Positions 12,001 to 21,000 of a stretch of 64,000 nt of DNA are shown here, piece after piece (position 1 is the stretch's first letter; the number at the start of each line of letters is the position of its first letter). The notes under the pieces were generated by a model. It did not search any database and was not told the DNA's origin. It was given only the letters and a program-made list of their open reading frames with translations. The stretch spans positions 32,001-96,000 of the IMG/VR virus record IMGVR_UViG_2851870198_000001; one strand, written 5' to 3'. The DNA is from a virus (taxonomy: Duplodnaviria; Caudoviricetes). A program made the position numbers and the translations under genes.

Positions 12001-15000
12001 GTCTCCGGGGCGTCCGTGCTGGTGTCCTCGGCCGTCGGCTCCGCGGTGCTCGCGGTCCCGACGTCACCCGCCGGGTTCTGGCCCTGCTTGCGGGCCTTGC
12101 GCCGGGTGCGGCGCTTCTGCTCGCGCTGCAGGCCGGCGTGACGCAGGATGTCCGCCTCGCTGGCCTCTTCGCGGGCTATCAGCCCGCCCAGCCGCTCGAC
12201 CTCCGACGTCAGCTCGGACTCGTTCATGGTGAGCGCGTCCGGCTGCGAGGGGGCGTTCGTCTGCCGCTGCTGGAACCGGGCCTCGAACTCCGCCCGCTTC
12301 GCAGCGAGCTTCTTGTCCCGCTCCGCGTCCCGGGCCTCGGTCGTCGGCCAGATGAAACGCACCTGGCCCTTGTCGTCCTGCGTGATCGACGGCGGGGCCG
12401 GGGTCTTCGGCGTCAGGTCGAGGTCCCGGGCGGAGACCTGCGCGAGAACGTCCTCTTCCTCCTCGCCGACCAGGGCGCGCATCTCCGCGTCGAGGGCGTC
12501 GATGGACGCCTTCTGCTGGGCGGCCGCGGCCTCCGTGCTCTGCGGCTGCGCCTTGAGACGCATCACCTCGTTGAGGATCTCGAGCTGGCGGTTGGCCTTC
12601 TCGAACTCCTCAGCGAGCTCGAAGGGCTTGCCCACGCGGACGGACGCCTGCTCGGCCGCCCGCCGCTTGTCGCTGAGCATGTCCTCCTGCCGGCGGACCT
12701 GCGCCTCCAGGTTGGCGATGGAGTCCTCGACGCGCTGCAACGGGATCCGCGGCGGCTTGCCGTCCACGTCGACCAGCTGGTGCGCCTCGTAGGTGCGGGC
12801 GCTGCCGGGGACGGCGGGGAGCTCCAGGCGCACGCCGTTGTCGTAGCGGCTGGCGTAGGAGTTCCAGGCCCGCGAGAACTTGGCGGCGATGTCGAGTCCG
12901 CCGACCTGGCCGATGATCTTCGGCGGCTCGTCGGGGTCGTACGCGCGGCGCCGGCCGTCCGCCTCGACCGCCCGCAGGGCCGCGGACAGTGCCTTGCGTG
13001 CCTCCTCGCGGCCCTCGGTCCCCGCGAAGTCGGTGCGGCCGATGCGGGCGTTGAAGTCCTCACCGCGGGTCGGCTTCCGCTTGGCGATGGCGTCCTGGAG
13101 GGTCGCCACGAGCTTCGTCGTCTGCTCCTCGGCGAGCTCCGCATCGCGGATGGCCCGCTGGAAGCCCTCCTGAGAACGCTGGTGGGCGTTGTACCGGGAC
13201 CGCAGCCGCTTCACGATCGGGCGGAGCTGCGCCTGAGCGATCAGGTGCGGGTCACCCGCGACCAGGGCGCTCGCCTCGTCGGCGTCGAACTTGACCTCGC
13301 CGATGTCCTCCACGACACGCTCGTTGAGCGAGCCGCGCATGAGCTGCCGGATGAACCGCGCCTTGCGGGCGATGGCCTCCCAGAACTTGGCGTCGGTGGA
13401 CCGCTCGGTGGCGTACTGGAAGATCGCGACCTCGGCGTTGGCGTTGCCCTGCCGGATGACACGCCCGTTGCGCTGCTCGACGTCGGCCGGCCGCCACGGA
13501 GCATCCACGTGGTGCAGCGCCGTCGCGCGGAGCTGCACGTTCGTGCCGGTGCCCATCTTGGCCGTGGAGCCGAGGAGCACGGACACCTTGCCGGTACGGG
13601 CCTCGTGGAACAGGCGCGCCTTGGCGGCGTCGTCCTTCGCCTCGTGGATGAACCGGATCTTCTCCGAGGGGATACCGCGCGCGATGAGGAGCTGCTTGAG
13701 CTCGTCATAGGTGGAGAAGTCGGTGTAGCCCTCGCCGTCCTCGCCCGTCGGGTCGGCGGCGTCCTCACCGTCGCCGGCCTTCTTCTTCCGCTTCTTCGTC
13801 TTGCCCGGGTCCTTCGGCGTGCCGAGGTCGAGGAAGACGATCTGCAGGCCGCCCTTCTCAGGATGCGGCGTGGGGTCGGTCTTGCTGGTCGGGTACTCGG
13901 CGTCCTTGGTCTGCTCGTGAATCCGGACGATGTTGTCCGCGACCGTCGGGAGCTTGTTGCCGCCGCCCATCTCGGGGTCGATGAGCCGCGGGTCGAGCGC
14001 GGCCATACGGCCGTCACCGAGGAGCTTGAGGTGGTTGTCCTCCTTCGGGTCGACGCGCCCGCCCGCCAGGCGGGCGGCGCGCGCCTTGATCTCCTCCTCG
14101 TAGGCTTCCTGCGCCTCCGACATCGGCATCGTGATCGTGACGGCCTTGCCGCCGGCGATGTCCGGGACGGGCAGGTCGAGGTCTTCGCTGGTCTTGACGT
14201 CGGCGAAGGCCCGCCACATCCGCAGGAGCTCCGGCACGTTCTGGAACGCCGCCAGGCGCACCTTCTCCGTGTAGGAGCCGTCCGCGCCGCGCTCCACGGC
14301 GCTGACCATCTGCCCGAACGTGGACGCGAAGTCGTCGAAGTCCATCAGGCCGAGCTGCTCAAGCAGGTCGGGGCGCAGGTAGCGCATCATCGTGTGGACT
14401 TCTGCGATGGAGTTGGCGACCGGCGTCGCCGTCGCGAACGTCACCACACGGCCGGTGGTGGACCGCTCGCGCAGCCACTCCAGCTTCATTTCCAGGTCGG
14501 AGGCCCGGTTCGAACCGTCAATGGCCGCGATGGACGACGGCGTGTCGAGGTTCTTGTACATGTGGGCTTCGTCTACGACGACGTAGTCGATGCCCATGTC
14601 CTCGAAGTGGAGGCCAGCGGCGTCCTTCATCCCGCTGAGCTTCTTGTCCAGCTTCTCCCGCAGGGTCTTGAGCTGGGTCTCCATCCGCTTGACCAGGCGG
14701 GTGTCGTTGTCCTCCCCGTCGATGGCCTTCTGCGCCTCGATCTTGGCTTCCAGGCGTTCCAGGCGGCGCCGGATGTAGGTCTCCTGCACCTCCGGACGCA
14801 TCTGGATCGACTCGAACGCGGTCTGCGTCATGATGATCGCGTCGTAGTCGCCGGCCGCAGCCCGGGCGATGAACTCGCGCCGGCCCTTGCCCGCAAGGTC
14901 GTCGCTGCTCGCGGTGAGGATCCGGTTGTTCGCCACGGACTCGGGGAAGATCTCCGCGAACTCCTGACGGAACTGATCCAGCATGTGGCCGGGCACGACG

Positions 15001-18000
15001 AGCGCGGCCTTCTTGACCAGGCCCAGGCGCCGGAGCTCCATGACGCCCATCGCCATCTCGGCGGTCTTACCGGCGCCGACCTCGTGGGCCAGGAGCACCG
15101 ACGGCTCATTGACCATCCGGGCGACGGCGGCGTGCTGGTGGGGGTGCGGCTTGAACCACTCGACCAGGCCCGGGATGGTGCGGCGCTGCCCGTCGTAGGA
15201 GCGGGGCGCCATCGAGTTGAACTGGTCGTTGTAGAGCCGCTTGTACTTCTCGGCGCGGTCCGGGTCGGCCCACAGCCAGTCTGTGAACGCCTCCTTGAGG
15301 AGTTCCGCCTTGGTCTTGGCGTCCTCGGTGGCCTTCGGGTCGAAAATCGAACCGTCGCGGGTCTTGACCGTGACGACGATCTTGCGGTTGGTGAGGATTG
15401 CCTCGGCGAGCTTGATCGCGTCGTAGCCGGGGGCGCTCCATGTGTCGCGGGTGCGGAAGGCGACGGCCTTCTTCACGGAGTCCGGGGCGTCGACCGCCCA
15501 CAGGGATCCGCCCTGCCAGGACACCTTGATCTGGTCGGTGCCGAGGGTTTCCCGAAGGAACTGCTGGACGGGTTCGTGCCCGAGCCAGGAGGCGCCCATC
15601 GGCGCGGCGATCTCACCGGTGGACAGGTCCGGCGGGATGACCCGCTCAAGGTGCTCGACGTTGATGTCGAAGGCGGGGTTCTCCGCCGCGGCCTCGCGGG
15701 CGGCGGTCAGCTTCTCGCGGACGTTGCCCGACAGGTAGTCGGCCGCCATGACGAGCTTGCCGTCCGGCGCCTGGAACGCCAGCGGGTACTCCACGCCGGT
15801 GTCCGGGTCGACCGACCGGGCGGCGAGGAGCTGGGCGACGGCGTCCTCGGCGTCGGTGTCCATGACCCGGGCCAGGCCGTCAGCGGTCAGCTGACCCTCG
15901 CGCTCCATGACGATCGCGAGGGCGTCCTGCGGGCTGTCCGCGAACTCGGCGATCTCCCGGTAGGTGCCCTGCCGCTTGGTGAAGATCGCGGCCCGCGTCG
16001 TCTTCTTGGTGATGTCGTCGTACTCGTCCAGCGGCGAGATGTTCGCCATCGTCGGGTCCTTGGTGAACAGACCCGCCCGCTGCGCCTTCTTGCGGTACTT
16101 CTTCTTGACCGTCTCCCCGGTCTCGGGGTCGGTGGCGGTGCGCTCGGCCCACGTGTACCGGTTGATCGCGCCGTACTTGTCGAAGTACGCCTGGTACTGC
16201 TCGTTCAGCTCGGCCCGCAGACGCTCGATCAGCGAGTCGTCGGCGTCCTTGCGGGACTCCTCCGCCAGCAGCGACTGGAAGGTGTCCCGGATCGCCAGCA
16301 GCCGGCGTCCCTCGTCCGCCTGCGTCTTCGGCACGGGGAAGGGGTGCACCATGCCGTCGCGGACCTGCGTGAACGTTCCGTCAGGCTCGGCCTGCACGTG
16401 CCCGTCCACACGGTCCGAGCCTGGCGGCAGCAGCGTGACCTTCTTCCGGTCCGCCGGGGCGGCCTGGTAGCCCAGGCCGGCGTCCTTCGCCGCGGCGACC
16501 GTCCGCTTGAGCGTCCGCGCGAGGTTGGCGATGGTGTCGCCGTCGCCGTCCACGCGGAGCTCGTTATCACGGTGCAGGCCGTGCCCGACGGCGAGCTTCC
16601 CGAGGACCTGCTCGGGGTGGTCGTGGAAGTAGGAGTTGTAGAAGACCGGCTGTGCACCCTCGGTCTCCGGGTCCGCCTGCCCGGGCAGACCGAAGCGGGG
16701 CAGGGAGTGCACCCACATCGGCGGGTCGTCCTTGCCACGCTCCGACGGCCGCTTGATCTCGCCCTTGCGGTTGCGGCCCGAATTGAACGCCTTGTCCTTG
16801 TCGCGGCGCCGGAAGATCAGCAGGTCGGTCATCACGCTCGTACCGGCGGTGCGCTGGTGCGCGCCGGACGGCAGACGGATCGCGCCGACGAGCTCGGCCT
16901 TCTCCGCCATCTCCATACGGGCGGCCTCGGCCTTCCCGCCGTGACCGTCCATCGTCAGAGCCGAGGTGACCACGGCGACCAGGCCGCCGCCGCGGGTCAG
17001 GTCCAGGCTCTTGAGGATGAAGTGGTTGTGGATCGAGTGGCCGCCCTTGTTGTGCACCAGGTCAGGCACCTTGTACCGGCCGAACGGCACGTTGCCGATC
17101 GCCATGTCGAAGGTGCCGTTCGGGGCACGGGTCTCACCGAACGACTCGTGACGGATCTCCGAGTGCGGGTAGAGCGCACCCGCGATACGGGCGGTGATCG
17201 GGTCGACCTCGACGCCGGTCATCTGCGCACCGTCGGGGGCGTAGCCGATGAAGTTGCCGATGCCCGAGCCGGGCTCCAGCACCTCACCGTTCTCGAACCC
17301 GAGGTCACGGACCGCGGCCCACACCTGCTGGACGATCTGCGGGTCGGTGTAGTGGGCGTTCAGCGTGTTCGAGCGGGCGTCTTCCCACTCGGCATCGGTG
17401 AGGAGCTCCCGCAGCCGCTCCGCGAGCGGCGCGAACTGGGCGTCGGGGCGGGGCTTGAAGATCTGCGGGACGGCACCCCACCCGGAGTAGCGGGCGAGCT
17501 CGGCCTGTTCGTCCGCGGTCGGCGGGCGGTCCTCGTCCTGCAGCCGGTGCAGGATCTCGATGGCCGCGATGTTGGCCTTGGCGCGGTTCAGCGGGGAGGA
17601 CGGGGCGAGCGTCGCCCCGTCGGCCGGCGGCTCGAACGCCGGGACGGCGCCGTTGCGGACCCTCTGCAGCCACTTGGCGGCCGTGCTGGAGGGCGTCGGG
17701 GCCGCCGGCCCCGTGTCGTCGTCCCCTACAGAGGCGGCAACGCCACCGGCGGCATGTCCTTCATCTCCGTCCCCGGCTCCTTCTCCACGCCGTACACCAT
17801 CTCGTGCAGCACCCGCTCGCGAGCCCGCATCCGCACCGACTTCAGCTCGTGCGCCCGCTCCACCACGTCCGTCCCCTCCCGAAGGGGCGGCGCCCACTCG
17901 TCCGTCAGCGCCTCGATTTCCTCGAGAATCTCCTCCGACCGCTGCCGGGCGAACTCCTCCAGCTCCGCGTTGCTGGCCATCGCCGCCACCTCGCTGGGCC

Positions 18001-21000
18001 GGTACGTTTTCCAGAACGTCCGGACGAGATCCTCGTACACCGCTGTTCCTCTCGTTGTGGTCGGCCAGGGCCTTGCGTGCGGCGCTGACGTTGTCGCGCG
18101 CCAGCCGCATCAGCTTCTGGACATACATGTTGTCGCGGCCCTCAAGACCGCGGGTCGCGCGCTGGATGGCATCCAGCGCCCGCTGGAACTCCTCGATCGC
18201 CTCGGACGGGGTCGACTCGCCCCGCTCGAAACGCTCCGCTGCCTCGGCAGAACCGTAGGCGAGCTCCCGGGCGGCCTCATCACCGTGCAGCCGCCCCAGG
18301 TCGTTGATGACGGGCAGGAGCGTGTTCTGCGCCTCCTGCAGCGCCTCGTTGATCTGCTGCTGCAGGGCGGTCTCCGCCGCCATCTTCGCGAGGTCGCGCT
18401 CCTCGGCGCGGGCCGCACGGTCGGCTTCCTCCCGGGCCGCCTGCGCCTTCTCCTCGTCCCGCTCGTGTACCAGGCCCGCGATGGCCGCCTCACGGGACAG
18501 GAACGTCCGCTCGGAGCTGTAGCGGGTGCCGTGGCCGAGCCGGTTCCACTTCCACATACCCCGGCCGCCCTGAAGGGTGGCGTTGTCCGAGCTGTCGCCG
18601 TCGATGGTGACGGGGATGTGGCCCCAGTCGTTGACCGATCCGAGCGCGACGCGGGACAACTGCGCCGAGTACGTCTCGGCGTCGCGGCGTTCGGCCTCCT
18701 CGATGATCTTCCCGCCCTCGACCTCATGGCGGTCGCTCTCTGCGGCGTCGTCGGTCTTCACGGCGGCCCGGACCGCAGCGTCGTAGGCGGCGTCAAGGTC
18801 TTCGCGCGGGACCGTGGACCAGTCCCGGCGCTCCGGCTGGGCCTGCGGCGTCTGCTGCTGCGGGCGCTCCTCCGGTGCAGCCGGGGCCGGGGCGGCTCCC
18901 TGGGCGGGGGCGTTGCCGCTCTGCTGCTGGGTGTCCCGCTCCGCCTGCCGCTTGCGGTACTCCTGCGCCCAGTACGTGTCTTCACGCCCGGCGTCGATCT
19001 CGTACTGGCCGCGGATGTCGTCCATCAGCAGGCCGAAGTCGCGCTTCCATCCGCTGATGCGGGAGGGGTGGCGCTTGTACAGCTCCGGGTCCCACCAGTC
19101 GATCGGCTGACCCGGGCGGCCGGGCTCTTCGAGCTCCGCGCCGAGCCGCATCGCGAACCGGTCGGCGTCGTCCAGCGTCTTGAACTGGCCGCCGGCACCC
19201 CCGGCGTAGCCGAGCGAGCGGCCGTCGTAGGCGCGGACCACCTCGAAGTCGCTGGGGCCCATCTGGATGACCGCGAACCCGCGGTGATCCGACATGGTGA
19301 TCTTCCAGCCCTCACGGCCGGCGTACGCGCGCAGGCGGTCCCGGGTGCGGTCATCGAGCGCCGGGTCGCCACCGTTCTTCCAGTAGTCCCGCAGCTGACC
19401 GGTGGTGCTCGGCTTCTTGAAGCCGTCGCCGTTGTCGTCGTTGCTGGACGGTCCGACGTGGCCGACACCGATGTTGGCCGCGGGCACGCCCGTGGTCTGG
19501 GCGAGCTGCTGGGCGGCCTGCACGAGCGGGTTCGGCCGCTCGGCCGGAGCCGCAGCTGGAGCAGCCGGGGCGGTGGGGGTGGCGGGGGTGCGCTTCTCGG
19601 CGGCGCCCTGCTTCTTCTTCGCGGCCTTCTCGGCGAACGCCTTCTTCGCGTCCTCGCCGGCCTGCCGCACCATCTTCTGGCCCTCGGGGGACTCAAGGCG
19701 CTGGTGGTAGCCGGGGCTGTCCCAGTCGAACGGCGTGCCGTCGATCTGTGCGACTTCCAGGCGGTTGGCGAACTCCATCGCCTCGCCCTTGCGTTCCGAC
19801 ATGGCCAGGCGGGCGCCGCTGCCGGAGACGATGACGGCATAGCCGGTCTTGGGCTTGCCGCCCTTCTCCACGGTCATCTTCGCGACGACGAACGTACCCC
19901 GGCGGGAGAGCTGCGGCTTGTCCAACTTGGCGAACAGGCCGGCGGTTTCCTTCTGGTGGCGCTGCTGTGCGGCCTTGTCGCTGGTGGCCGGCTCCAGGTT
20001 GCCGGTCTGCCAGTGCTGCTGCAGCGTGTTCAGGTTGGCGAACCGCTTGCCGCCCTTGTTTCGGGCCTTGGGTGTGGCTGCGGCGGGCTGGCCCGACGTG
20101 GACTCGGGCTTCATGCGGTAGGAGGTGCTGGCGGTGCCGTCCGAGCGCCACGCGCGCGGGACGAGCGGCTGATCCTTCCTCCGCTTCTTCGACGGCTTCG
20201 GGATCGGCTTCTTGCCGTGCGCCTGGAACCGGCGGTACGCGAGGTTCAGCGCGTCGGCGAGGTTCTGGGCGTAGCGGGTGACGTCTTCCTTGCCGTCCTG
20301 CTCGGCGAGCTCGGCCAGGCGCTCGGCGTCGTCTGCGAACCACGAGAGCCGGTCGAACTCCGTCGGGTCGGCCTGATCGGTCGGGCTGTCGGCGAGGTCG
20401 AACGGCTCCCCGCCACCGAGGTAGTCGGCCAGCTCGTTGTAGACGTCGTCTGCCTCGCTGTTGCCCCACTCGCCGGGCCAGGCGTTTTCCAGGTCCTCGA
20501 AGTAGTCGTTCGACAGGTCACGCAGGGCGCGGCGGGCGTGGTTGCTGTCCCAGAACTGCAGGTAGTGCTTGTTCACCTCGGGGCCGTCGGCGCGCAGCGC
20601 GTCACCGTTGCCCATGACGTGCCGACGGCGGCGGCTCTCCGGGCCGGCGCCCCCGTTGTCCGTCGTGATGGGCAGCAGATCGGGGAAGTCACGCAGCGGG
20701 TGGTTGCCGCGGTCCTGCGCGGAGCGGCCGGGGTCCTCGTCGCTGTCGTCCGGGCGGGACATGACGCGGCCCTGCGGGACCATCGGCTCGTCATCGTCGT
20801 CTTCGGGGTCGTCCGGGTCGGCGCCGAGGTCCACCCCGTCGACGTCGTCCCCGATCGGGTTGCCCTCGTCGTCCTGGTCGTGCGGGTCGTCGGGGGTCTG
20901 GCCGTTGTCACCGGGGTCGGTCGCCGGGTGTTCGTCGGTGTCGGGGTCGTCGTCCTTGTCGGGGGCGTGCTCGCCGTAGCCCAGGCCGCGGTTCTGGTCG

